This document shows, in pieces, positions 20,272 to 31,303 of a stretch of 64,000 bases of DNA (the stretch's first letter is position 1; every line of letters begins with the position of its first letter). This DNA is from an uncultured Verrucomicrobiae bacterium (lineage in GTDB: Bacteria > Verrucomicrobiota > Verrucomicrobiia > Palsa-1439), in NCBI GenBank assembly GCA_963766065.1, contig CAVYAC010000104.1:1516-65515 (forward strand), read 5' to 3'. Under the pieces are notes generated by a model that searched no databases, had not been told where the DNA came from, and saw only the letters and a list, made by a program, of their open reading frames with translations. The position numbers and the translations under genes are program-made.

Positions 20272-21819
20272 ATGGCCATGCAAAACACACTCGCTACCAA
20301 TCCACTTCGTGAAGGCATCAGTACGCAGCAGGTGCCGGAACCGTGCGCGCTGGTTATCTTCGGGGCTACCGGCGACCTCACCCACCGCAAGTTGGTCCCG
20401 GCACTCTATAACCTCGCCCACGAAGGCCAGCTCCCGCAGTCGTTCGCCATCGTCGGTTTCGCGCGCCGTCCAAAAACAAACGATCAGTTTCGCGCCGAGT
20501 TGCGCGACGCCGTCGCCCAGTTTTCGCGTTTCCAACCGATCAATCCCGCGGTGTGGGACTCGCTGGCCCAAGCGGTGTTTTATCACCAATCTGAATTTGG
20601 CGATGCTCAGGGGTACAAGTCGCTCGGCGGATTCCTCGAGAAACTCGATGCCGAACGTGGGACCGCCGGTAATCGTCTGTTTTACCTGGCCACCGCCCCG
20701 ACGGAATTCATCGGCATCATCGAACAACTGGGTGCGAACGGCCTCGTCCAATCTGGTCAGGGTTCCAGCACGCGACAGCGCATCATCGTGGAAAAGCCCT
20801 TCGGCCGGAGCCTGTCCACCGCGGAAGAATTGAACCACGTGCTGGCCGGCGTCTTCGACGAACAGCACATCTTCCGCATCGACCACTATCTTGGCAAAGA
20901 GACCGTCCAGAACATCCTGGCCCTGCGGTTTGCCAACGAGATTTTCGAACCGATCTGGAACCAGAAATACGTTGACCACGTACAAATCACTGTCGCCGAA
21001 TCGCTGGGCGTCGAAGGCCGCGGCGCCTACTACGACCAGTCAGGCGCCCTCCGTGACATGGTGCAGAACCACATGATGCAATTGCTCTCGCTGGTGGCCA
21101 TGGAACCGCCCATCGCGCTCGAAGCCGAGGTCATCCGCGATGAGAAAGTGAAGGTCCTTCGCGCGATTCGCCCGATCAAACCCGACCAGGTCCAGGAGTT
21201 CACAATTCGCGGCCAGTACGCGAGCGGGTCGATGGCCGGGAAGCCCGTGCCCGGTTATCAGGAGGAAAAGAATGTCGCCCCCGGTTCGCGCACCGAGACG
21301 TTCGTCGCCTTGAAATTGTTCATCGACAACTGGCGCTGGGCCGGTGTGCCGTTCTACCTCCGGCACGGCAAGCGCCTCCCGAAAGGCGTCGCCGAGATCG
21401 CCATCCAGTTTAAAGCGCCACCCGCTGTGCTCTTCGCCGCCGAATCGCCCGAGCCGCTGCAGCCGAATGTGCTCGTGCTCCGCATCCAACCCGACGAAGG
21501 CATTGCCGTCCGCATGAACGCCAAGGTGCCCGGCAACGCGATCAATTTGCAACCCGTGAAGATGGATTTCCTCTACGGCGGCAGCTTCGGCGCGCGCGCA
21601 CCCGAAGCCTACGAACGATTACTACACGACGCCATTGTCGGCGACTCGACACTGTTCACCCGGCGCGACGAGGTCGAACGTTCCTGGAAGATCATCGACG
21701 CGATCATCGCTGGCTGGGACGCGTCGCCCGCACCGTTCCCATACGAGTCAGGCACGTGGGGCCCGCCCGAGGCCGATGAACTCATCGAGCGCGATGAACG
21801 GGAATGGAGGCGCCCCTAA
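20272..21819 (+). CDS. zwf: Glucose-6-phosphate 1-dehydrogenase
   Basis: IFGATGDLTHRKL, RIDHYLGKE, DMVQNHMMQLL. The upstream 355 codons of ORF 19207..21819 are an antisense artefact over lacI. Confidence 0.95.
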   Translation: MAMQNTLATNPLREGISTQQVPEPCALVIFGATGDLTHRKLVPALYNLAHEGQLPQSFAIVGFARRPKTNDQFRAELRDAVAQFSRFQPINPAVWDSLAQAVFYHQSEFGDAQGYKSLGGFLEKLDAERGTAGNRLFYLATAPTEFIGIIEQLGANGLVQSGQGSSTRQRIIVEKPFGRSLSTAEELNHVLAGVFDEQHIFRIDHYLGKETVQNILALRFANEIFEPIWNQKYVDHVQITVAESLGVEGRGAYYDQSGALRDMVQNHMMQLLSLVAMEPPIALEAEVIRDEKVKVLRAIRPIKPDQVQEFTIRGQYASGSMAGKPVPGYQEEKNVAPGSRTETFVALKLFIDNWRWAGVPFYLRHGKRLPKGVAEIAIQFKAPPAVLFAAESPEPLQPNVLVLRIQPDEGIAVRMNAKVPGNAINLQPVKMDFLYGGSFGARAPEAYERLLHDAIVGDSTLFTRRDEVERSWKIIDAIIAGWDASPAPFPYESGTWGPPEADELIERDEREWRRP

Positions 21820-21821
21820 CC

Positions 21822-22914
21822 ATGCCCAACAGCACGCAATTGGAAACCTTCACCGCCGGCGTCGAAACCGCCGTGGATGTGGCGCAGATCGAGCGCCAGC
21901 TTCACGAACTCTGGCAACTCGCCGCCGAATCGGAGAAAGACCCATTACAACGCCAGATCACGCGGGCCTGCCTGTTCAACTTCGTCGTGCTCTCGGAAAC
22001 CGACGCGGAGGCCGCGCACGCCAGCGAGGTGATCAGTACGCTCACGAGTCATCACCCCTGTCGGGCGATCGTACTCTCCGCGGAGTCGAGCACCTCGGCA
22101 TCCGAACTGTCCGCCTCGATCTCCGCCCATTGCCACCTCGCCGGCACGGGGCAGAAACAGGTGTGTTGCGAGCAAATCGCCATTCATGCGAGCGGCCAGA
22201 GCGTCGCGCACCTCGGCTCAGCGGTGTTGCCGTTGCTGGAATCAGATCTCCCGACGATTGTGTGGTGGCAGGGCAACTTCCTGACGCGAATCGATCTGTT
22301 CCGCCGCCTCGTCGCCGTGGCCAACCGGGTCATTTACGACACCTCCGCCTGGCTCGATCCGCGATCGCAGCTTACTGGTTTGGCGCGCGTTCTCACGGAA
22401 TATCCGCGCTGTAGCTTCACCGACTTGAGCTGGACGCGGCTGGGGTTGTGGCGCAAACTTGCCGCCGAGTTTTTCGACGAACCGCATTGTTGTGCCGAAT
22501 TGCCGCAAATTCGTGCCATCAACATTGCGCATGGGTGCGGGCCGGGCGCACGGCTTGCGTGCTTTGTTGTACGGCTCCTGGTTCGCGGCCCAACTCCGAT
22601 GGCCGCTGCCAGAAGCCGGGGCCCGTATCCATCTGTCCGAGCGCGACGACCACGATGCGACCTCGGTGGGGATCGTGTCCATCGCCATCAAGACGGGAGA
22701 TGCAACATTCTCCATCCGGAAGAATCATGGCGAAAGCACCGCCAGCGCGACCGTCGATATGCCCCATGCGTGCGGCTTGCCGCGCAAGCGCGCGTTCTGG
22801 CCCGCGGACGACGCATCCCTCTTGTCCCAAGAGCTCGACCGCCCCGCCCGGGACCCGGTCTATGAAAAAGCCCTGGCGATTGCCGCGTCGCTGTTGGAAA
22901 ACGGTCGCCGGTAA
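21822..22914 (+). pseudogene. opcA: OpcA (G6PDH assembly protein), frameshifted near 22535-22548 (or assembly error)
   Basis: HPCRAIVL and PTIVWWQG lie in the first frame. The C-terminus continues in ORF 22459..22914 (LLYGSWFAAQLRWP...). Adjacent to zwf, as in other opcA loci. Confidence 0.8.
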
Positions 22915-22970
22915 GCACACACGGCGCCGCCTTGTGGGAACGCGCCAGCCCCGACTGTTTCCAAGCGGTG

Positions 22971-25900
22971 TTACGGCAACAACACGCGGACGCGGTAGAA
23001 CCGGTTGGTCGGGGTGCTCGGGATGGCCGTATCCGTCATGTTGGTGACCGTACCGGAGCCGTTGCCGCCACTAAGAACATTGGTCTGGCCCGTGTCCTGC
23101 CAACCGCCATTCGTGTAGTTGCCGTTGGCGTCGCCGGTCATGTAATCCAGCACGTTCGTCCGCGACGCAATCCCCGGCGTATAGGTGTTGTCCCCGTTGG
23201 CGCCAAGATACGTCACCACCACGTTCGTATTCCCCGCCACCAACTGCTGCGCGATGCTGATAATATGCAGGTATGCCGCCGCGCTGGTCGGATTAAAGCC
23301 CGCCATGAACTTGTTGGTGTTGCTCATCCCGTCGCCCGTATAGGAGGCGTTCGGACCGCATAACGCGCAGTTGTTGGTCAGACCGTAGTTCTGCTGCCAC
23401 CACGCGAATGGATCGTACACCGTGATCAAGTTCACCACCGTGTCAGTAGCAGATCCACCATTGCCGGTCACGATCTCCTGCACCGTATACGTGCCCGGAT
23501 TCACGTAGATGTCCGACGGGTTCTCGCTGCTCGATGTATTGCCATCCCCAAACGCCCACGCCCAGCCCGTTACCGAACCGCTCGACTCGTCCGTGAAGCT
23601 CACGCCCAATGGCGCCGCCCCGCTGGTCGGAGTGGCGCTAAAGCTGGCCGTCGGCGGCGGGACTCCGCCCAAATCCGTGTACACAGTCCCGAAGTTGTCG
23701 TCGACGACGACCCTGGCCGATCGTGCCACCGGCGCTGGGGATCGAGCCGCTGTCCAACTGCGAGATCGCAAACGAACCCACCGAGGCTCCGACCGTGTAG
23801 CTATTCTGCGCGTACGGCGTCTGCGCCCCGAGATTGCCGCTGGTCGGGTTGACGTACAGAATCACATTGGTGCCGGCCGCCTCGACGATCACGCGGTACT
23901 GGGTCCCGTAGCTCAGGCCCGTGACGCCGAACGTGTAGGGGTCGCTCCCCGACAGCGAGACGCGCACGCCGAGCACATAATTCGTCAGGGCCGCGTTGGG
24001 TGACTCCGCGGCCAAACGATAGAACGACGTTCCTGTGCCGTTGGTGGTGTTATACAACGCCGCGAAGTACGGCACGCCGTTGGTGTTCGGCGCGTTGGTC
24101 ACGGTCAGCGTCAGACCATAGAACACGGTCTCGTTGGTCAGTGTGAAGCCCTTGTATGCCGTTTGGTTGTTGGCCGTCAGCCCGCCGGTAAATCCCACAT
24201 GGCCCCCGCTGATCTGCAGCGGCGAACCGGTGTATGAACTGACCTGGGTCCAGCCCTGCTGGCCGACAAGGTTGCCGGAGGCAAACTGGCCGAAGTCGCT
24301 GAAGAATCCGAAGCTGCCGACGCCGACATTGAGGCTGACCGCGCGGGTCGTATTACCGGCACCGCTCGGAGTGTTGGTAAATCCAATCGTGTCGGAGTAG
24401 CTATCGGGCGCAAAGCTGTCGGCGAGGACGGTATTAATGGTGGCGGTGACGTTGGTGCTGGCACCCGCGGCCAGCGTTCCGCTGGTAGCAGAGAGCGTCA
24501 GCCACGTGGCGGAGTTGGTCGCCGTCCAGTCCATGGCTACCCCTCCAATGTTGGTCAACGTGTAGGTCTGGCTGATCGGGCTGATAGGCCCGCCCGGGTG
24601 GCCCTCCCGAAACAAATCCCGACGATGGGGTGACGGTCAGTTGGCGGAACCCAGCGCTGATGCTCAGGCTCACGGGTTCCGTCGTATTACCGGAGCCGTT
24701 CGACGTGGCAAACACAACCGTGTCCGAGTACGAGCCGCTGCTCAGGCTGTACGCATTGGCGTTAAGGGAGACGGTGATGCTGACGCTGCCATACGGCGCC
24801 AAGGTGCCGTTGGTAGCGGAGAAAGTCAGCCAGTTGGAGGTGTTACTAGCCGACCAAGCCATCGCCACCGCGCCCGTGTTGCCGAGCGTATAGGTCTGGC
24901 TGGAGGGAGTAAATGGCCCGCCCGCACCCCCGCTGGAACTCAATCCTGACGCCGGGCTGACCACCAGTTGCGCCCCGAAGACGAACAGATCGCTCAAGTC
25001 CGTGGCGTTCGCGGCGCCGCCAAGCAACGGCCCGACGTTGAAGATCTCCTGCAGCGTCAACAGCGTGGAGCTGTGCGTGTAGTAGAGGGAATTGTTGTAA
25101 CCGCCGCCCTTGGCCAACGGCGAGAGCAAGATCATACCAATCGGGCCGTCGCCGCCCTCCCCTTGATCCCAAGTGATGAAGATAGCGCCGTTGTTGCTGT
25201 AGGCCTGGGAACTCATGATGGTCAACACGGTGTTAGAGAGCCATGTGTCACCTTGTGTAATCAGCGCATTGCCGGTGAGGCACCCTGCGTCGCCGCTCAT
25301 GTCGTCGCAGAGGTTCGGCGTGATGAAGTTGTAGCGTGTGACCGCATTGCTCTGGAGGTTGCCCGCCAGGTTCGTGAATGGCTGCACATTGGCGACGCAG
25401 TAGGCGGAGCTCGGACTGTTTGTATTCGTCACGTCATCGAAATACACCATCGGGTTGTGGTTCGGCACATACTGGTTGACCGCCGTGAGCGGGCAGACGC
25501 CAGTGCCGATGTCCTCCTGATACGGACGTCCACGAGATGCTGGCGTTCTTGAGCAACGTGACGAGATGATTGGTCGTAGTTTGGGAGTAGGCCGACGGGG
25601 TGCCATCCGCCGTGATGCCAAAGTTCGTGCCCGCCTCCAGCCACAAGTAGTTCGGCAGATCGGGATGGTTGCCGGGCGGGTTGTAATACTGGTCGGCATG
25701 CGAGGCCATCGGCAGCAGGGTGTTGTTAATGTACGGCGCCGCCGCATTGCCGCTGATCGAAGCCCAGTTTTGATTCGCCATCATGATGACGAAGACGGTT
25801 TGGATGTTTTGCAGCGTAGCGGGAACTGGAATGGTGTAATCCGCCACAACGGGCAGATGGTCGCTGGCGGTGGTGAGATATTGGTAGAGCTGGGAGGCAG

Positions 25901-26951
25901 TGATCCCTACCCCGTTTGTATTCAAATCGCTGTTGAGCGCCGTATCGGAACCATTATTCACGCTTCCGTTGCACGGGGGCGAGCCATTGTTGCCAAATCC
26001 GTGATACGTCCCGGAACATACGCCAGGCCGCCCGCCACGCCGTACAGAACATTGCTCGTCATCATCTCATAATCATCGCGGTAGCGAAGATCCGTGGCGG
26101 ATTCCGTTAACGCGAATACCGTTGAGCACGAATCAAAATTCGACGAGGCGGAACCACTCGGATTGTACACATCAAAGGCTTGATTCGTCCCCGGGGCGAC
26201 GAGCGTCTGGTACATGGCTTCACCGGCGTTGCCGGTGTTGAAATCACCTGTGAACAGAACTCGCGCATTGCTCGGTAACGTCGCCACGTCCCCCCGGACG
26301 ATCTGGGCTTCGGCATTGCGGACCGATACGTCGCTGGCAGCCGATCCCGATTTGTAATGGTCCACGTAAACGTAGAACTCGTTGTTGCTCGTAGGGTTGA
26401 CGCCCGCACGGCGCAAATTCGTAACGCACGATCTGGCGGGGTTCCGAACTGGAGTTCGGCGTCCCGATTCCCACCGAAGCGATCAACTGTAGCGTGTTCG
26501 TATTATACACCATGGCATTCGGGCCGCCGCCATCGGTCTCGCCACCGTCATCCGTCGCTTGGTATGGGCTCATCGCATACCCGGCCGGGTTGGTACGCGA
26601 TCCATAGAAAGCGTTTAGACCGTTCACAATTGGTTGAACGGTGGTCGTGTTACTCGTCGTTTCTTGCAGCGTGAGGATGTCGATCGGTCGGTTCGTACCG
26701 CTTGCCAAGACCTCTTCCCCAATCCCTTCGAGCACGCCGCCGTTGGTCACGCTTCCGCCGCTGGATGGTGCAATCAACCCCGGGAGCGGCGTGGTGGCCC
26801 CGTTAATGTCGTCCTCAATATTATAAGTAACCACGCGAATTGTTCTCGTCTGGGCCAAGCCGACCGTCGAAATGCCGCAGGCCGCCAGGAACACACTCAG
26901 TCCCAAAAGACCCCGGATTGTAAGTGATTTAACTGGAAGTGTTTTCTTCAT
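22971..26951 (-). pseudogene. Giant secreted multi-domain protein (EEP nuclease/phosphatase fold, phosphoesterase PLC/AcpA-like, Ig/BACON-like repeats, PKD, C-terminal FYRVR domain) split by at least 5 frameshifts
   Basis: Six consecutive minus-strand ORFs read through one another. Junctions lie near 26405, 26012, 25535, 24595 and 23708. Signal peptide at 26951; SDHLPVVADY; NQNWASISGN...HPDLPNYLWL; PKD-like FSATPTSGAAPLGVSFTD. Confidence 0.75.
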
Positions 26952-27180
26952 TAGAATTCCCTAGACGTTAATGTCTCCCTTTCATGCGATCGCAAGCGCG
27001 ATCGCTAAACATCGTGTGCTATGTCCTCGAGTCCACTCGACACAACAATGCCCCATAGTATCATAAAATTTTCCTTGTCTCGCCAGGATCTATACTAGTA
27101 CCACATTTTTCCGTTGCCCTGCAAGGGAAATCGCGCTAAAAGTCGGTTTTGGGGAAGGTAGTAACAACAAGGAGGAGGAA

Positions 27181-27894
27181 ATGAAGCGGGCATTCGTGAT
27201 TTTCGCCCTTTTTCTGGGCGCTTGGGTCGGTCAACCCGCGCTCTCGCGCGGGCAAATCATCTCGCCGGTCGGCACATGGCAGGTCGATATTCTGGACCCT
27301 GAAAAAGGCATCTTGATGATGACCCTTTCCAACAACTTCACCGTCAGCGGCTACGGCATCATCCGCAAGCAATTTGGGTTCGTCACCTTGGCGGGCAATT
27401 GGAGTTTCGACAGTCAGGGCGACGTGGTCGCCGGCTACGTCCAGACCATCAACGGCGTGGGCACGGCGTACAGCCTCGCCGCACGTATGCTGTCTGCCAG
27501 TCGGTTCCGCGGTAAAGCCGCCGGCACCAGCGGCGGTTATCGATGCAAGGGCGAGCAACCCCAGAGTTTTCCTGACCTGAGCGGTTCGTGGAACGCCGCG
27601 GTCAAACGAAAGGGAAAAACCCTCAACGAGTCGTTTATCGCGTTTGCCTCGTCCAATTATCCGGCGGTCTTCGATGTCACCGGGCAGGGATTGAGTGATA
27701 CGGCGTCATACACGTTGTCCGGCACGATCATCGTCTCGGCGGAGAACACGGTGAACGCGTCCCTCGACCGGACGTTCGGAACTGTCACCCAGCACAGCTC
27801 CCTGTCCGGGCTGTTCAAGCCCACGGGATCCAAACTCCTGCTGGACGGCAACGACGACACCGGCGCGCACCTGTCCGAGACCGCCGTGCGGTAG
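27181..27894 (+). CDS. Secreted hypothetical protein
   Basis: Strong RBS (AAGGAGGAGGAAATG) and signal peptide MKRAFVIFALFLGAWVGQPALS. Confidence 0.55.
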   Translation: MKRAFVIFALFLGAWVGQPALSRGQIISPVGTWQVDILDPEKGILMMTLSNNFTVSGYGIIRKQFGFVTLAGNWSFDSQGDVVAGYVQTINGVGTAYSLAARMLSASRFRGKAAGTSGGYRCKGEQPQSFPDLSGSWNAAVKRKGKTLNESFIAFASSNYPAVFDVTGQGLSDTASYTLSGTIIVSAENTVNASLDRTFGTVTQHSSLSGLFKPTGSKLLLDGNDDTGAHLSETAVR

Positions 27895-28371
27895 CGCACT
27901 ATCCTCGATTCGTGACGCCGGCCATTTGGGGCTCGATCCACGCGTCCACGCCGTGCTCTGGCCGCAAACGAAGCCATTTCCGGCCAAACGAAGCCAATTG
28001 ACAAATCGCCTCAATTGGACTCTTAACTCCTTTTCCCTCAAGCTAATCCAAATTCGCCAACACTCCAAAAAATTGGCTTCGTTTTGCAGAATTACATATT
28101 TTGGCCCCCTGCCCCCCTCCCCGGTCCTGTCAAAGAACCAAAACCGGGCTGAGTATACACCCACTCGAAAAACGAAACCAGAAAAAACAATCGCGGGCCA
28201 CCCCAAATTCGTCCGCACCCAATTCGAATCGTGCGAACGTAATTGTGTTGACGCCGCGCTAAGCTTGTGAAATTCTTCACAAACGTCTGGGGAGACGTCG
28301 CCGCGACGCCCGCCATCCCAATCCGAAACCTGCCGCACAACGAAGCGCTGCGCGAGACCGTGGAGGTTGCC

Positions 28372-30465
28372 ATGAAGACAACAGGGAACTGCGTCGGAGT
28401 TGGACGAACAGCTTCTATTGTGGCCCTTGTCCTTGTTCTGGGGATACGCGCAGGGGCGGTCGACCCTGCTGCCTCGACAAATCTGCCAGCCCAATCGACC
28501 ATCTGAGGGCAGGCGATTTCCGCTGCCGCGCCGCTCCAAAGTTCCGTACCCGCCCTCTCCCTCGGCGGGACCAATGCCGCGCCCCGTGCCGGCACCCTCA
28601 ATCTCCCCTGCGCCGCAGCCACGATGCTCGGCCCGATGGCGTCCTCGCAATCCCTCACAAATCCTCCACCGGCTGGCCTGATTGTCTGGTGGGTGTTCGA
28701 TGAAGGCAGTGGCACAACCGTCGAAGATGCCAGCGGCAACGGCAACAGCGGCACGCTGCAGGGCGATCCACCGCCCACGTGGGCTAACGGAGTCACTTCC
28801 GGCGCGCTGACTTTCGACGGCTCCCAGAACTACGTGCAGAGCGACCAGGCCTTCAATCAAACCATCAGCGCCTTCACCATCGAAGCGTGGTTCGCCGCCA
28901 CCTCCGTTTCCGGCGAGAACCCGGCCATCGTTTCCACACTCGGCGATGATATCGGGTACAACTACCTGGCTGACATCGTCATCTATACCAACTCCGTCTT
29001 TAACGGCAATTCGATCGGACTAAACACGCGCTGGGATATGCTGTTCGCCCCACTGGGTCTGGTCAACGGCAATTGGCACCACGTGGCCGGTACATGGGAT
29101 GGCACCAACTCGAGCCTCTACGTCGATGGCCAATTGGTCGCCACGCAGCCCGACGCGTATCCAGCATTCACGTGGACAACGCCGCTACGGCTGGCCTACC
29201 GCGACACCAATGGCGGCTGCAATTACGGCGGGGAAATCGGCGAGGTCCGCATCTACGATCAGGCGCTGTCCAGTAACGAGGTCCTCGCCGCTTACAACAC
29301 CGCCACCATCGGCGACGGAGGACTCGTCGCCTCAAACGGCGACTGCCAGTGCACCAATTCCCCGGTTCAGTCGATATTTCCACCCGGCATCTTCGTAGTG
29401 GCTATCGCAGCGGGCTCCATGCACAGCGTCGCGCTGGACGCATTCGGCAATGTCTGGACATGGGGTTTGGGAGATTCCGGTCGGTTGGGCAATGGTCAAA
29501 ACACGAATATCGCAACCCCCGTGCAGCTAACCGGGATCTCCAGCGTCATCGCCGTTGCCGACCCCGGCTATGACCACACCATGGCCCTGACCGCCGACAG
29601 AACCGTGTGGACTTGGGGCAGTAACGGGTCGGGACAGTTGGGAGAACCGGGCGGCGGCACCAACGCCCCAGGACAGGTGCCACCTTCCTCCCTGTCCAAT
29701 GTAGTGGCAATTGCCGCAGGCAAATGGTTTAGCTTGGCGGTGAGCAACGGCCACGTGTACGCTTGGGGCGACAATACCTACCCCGGTGGCCCCGTCTCTG
29801 GCCAACTGGGCACGAGCAACGTCACCTCGAGTATGATACCGCTTCGGGTGTCCGGCATCAGCAACGTACTACTCGTGGCCGCCGGTGCAACCGGCTACCA
29901 CAGCTTTGCCATGACGGTAGACGGCGGCACCAATCACTACTGGGGTTGGGGGGACAACTACTTCGGAGAGGTCGGAAACGGCACCAATGACACCATTTCC
30001 GACGGGACGAACGACTATCAATACGTTCCTGCTCAAGCCCAATTCTGCACCCGTTGTCAGCGTTGCGTCCAGTTGGGAACCGGCGGCGTTTTCACCGCGC
30101 AATGCAGCGGCACGCTGTATTTGTACTTCAACGGCCAGATTACAGATTTCGCCGGCTACTCCGGTTCCTATACGGTAACGGTCAACAACGTCACCAACAC
30201 GGCTGTGCCAGCTACCAGCGGAGAGAACCTCGAAAATGGCGGGACGCGTAACGGCGTATCTTTCGGTACCGTCACCAATGGCGGCATCTACTCCTATTCT
30301 GCCACTGGCTACTGCGTGAACGCATTGGGAAACTTGGTGAACGCAAATGGTATGAACCTCGCTACAAGCAATTTGATGGATTGCTCCGACTTCGTTAACT
30401 TAAACATTACAAATGCCGTTTGCCCTGCCCGGCAGTGCTTTTCACTCGTAGGGAAGATTCAATGA
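28372..30465 (+). CDS. Secreted LamG - RCC1-repeat - C-terminal lectin-like (PA-IL-like?) protein; in-frame TGA at 28504
   Basis: The signal peptide (MKTTG...IVALVLVLGIRAG) is in the same frame as ORF 28624..30465, separated by one TGA. LamG motif FDEGSGTTVEDASGNGNSGTL; RCC1 repeats WTWGxxxxGQLG x4; tail QCFSLVGKIQ. Confidence 0.75.
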
Positions 30466-30595
30466 ACCGGACACATAGCAGATTCGTCGGAGAGCAGGCA
30501 CGTCGCCAGCCGGAATATGCCCCACAGCCCAAATTATCTGGCGTTATACGCTCCTCCGTGCTAAAATATGAGCAGAGAAAGCGAAAGGACATACT

Positions 30596-31246
30596 ATGAA
30601 GTATAAAGCATACGCGTCGCCCATTGCCTTCTTCTTCCTTGCGACCCTGTTGGTCAATTCCGGGCGCTCCCAGACGGTAATCACGTTTGATGACCTCACT
30701 GTAACATCCACGGGACTAGCCATTGCGAGCATTCCGAACAGCTATCAAGGCCTCACATGGAGCAACATGGATGTCGTTAATGCGATTCGTGAGGCCGTCG
30801 CTAACGGCACGAACGGGGCGTTCTACGGAATGGTGACTGCGTCAAATGTTGCCTTCAACGGATTTGGTAATCCCTCGGAGATCGATTCCCCGGGCACCAA
30901 CTTCAACTTCCTAAGCGCCTATCTGACGGGTGTATGGAATAGCAACCTGAACATCCAAGTCGAGGGTTTCAATGGCACTAACCTGCTCTACAACCAGACG
31001 GTGGTCGCCAGCGCGACGAACCCTACTCTTTTCACCTTCAACTATCTTGATATCGACCGCCTATACTTCGACTCGTACGGTGGCGAACCAGCGTTTACCC
31101 CTGTACCGGAATACCATTTCGCCATGGACAACATGACCATCCAGTTCATCCCCGAGCCGTCCACGCTTCTGCTCGCCGCACTCGGTGCCGTATCGCTTGT
31201 CCCATTTCTCAGGCGTCGTCGGGCGAAACACAGCGGCTTGCTATGA
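30596..31246 (+). CDS. PEP-CTERM sorting-domain protein (paralogue 1)
   Basis: Signal peptide plus C-terminal IPEPSTLLLAALGAVSLVPFLRRRR. Confidence 0.85.
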   Translation: MKYKAYASPIAFFFLATLLVNSGRSQTVITFDDLTVTSTGLAIASIPNSYQGLTWSNMDVVNAIREAVANGTNGAFYGMVTASNVAFNGFGNPSEIDSPGTNFNFLSAYLTGVWNSNLNIQVEGFNGTNLLYNQTVVASATNPTLFTFNYLDIDRLYFDSYGGEPAFTPVPEYHFAMDNMTIQFIPEPSTLLLAALGAVSLVPFLRRRRAKHSGLL

Positions 31247-31303
31247 AAGCTCGGTTACTCGAGCTGCCCCTCGACTAAGGGGTCAGACTAAGACTAAGGG
31301 ACT

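Noticed and set aside
9761-28506. TGA recoding (selenocysteine, or genetic code 4/25) as an explanation for the in-frame TGAs in the Fur-like and lectin genes.
   Set aside because: TGA is clearly used as a genuine stop by well-conserved genes here, for example nikR at 6681-6683 and the RAYT stop inside the REP. Two other in-frame stops are TAG. I saw no obvious hairpin directly downstream of either TGA that resembles a bacterial SECIS. Nonsense mutation or consensus error is simpler.
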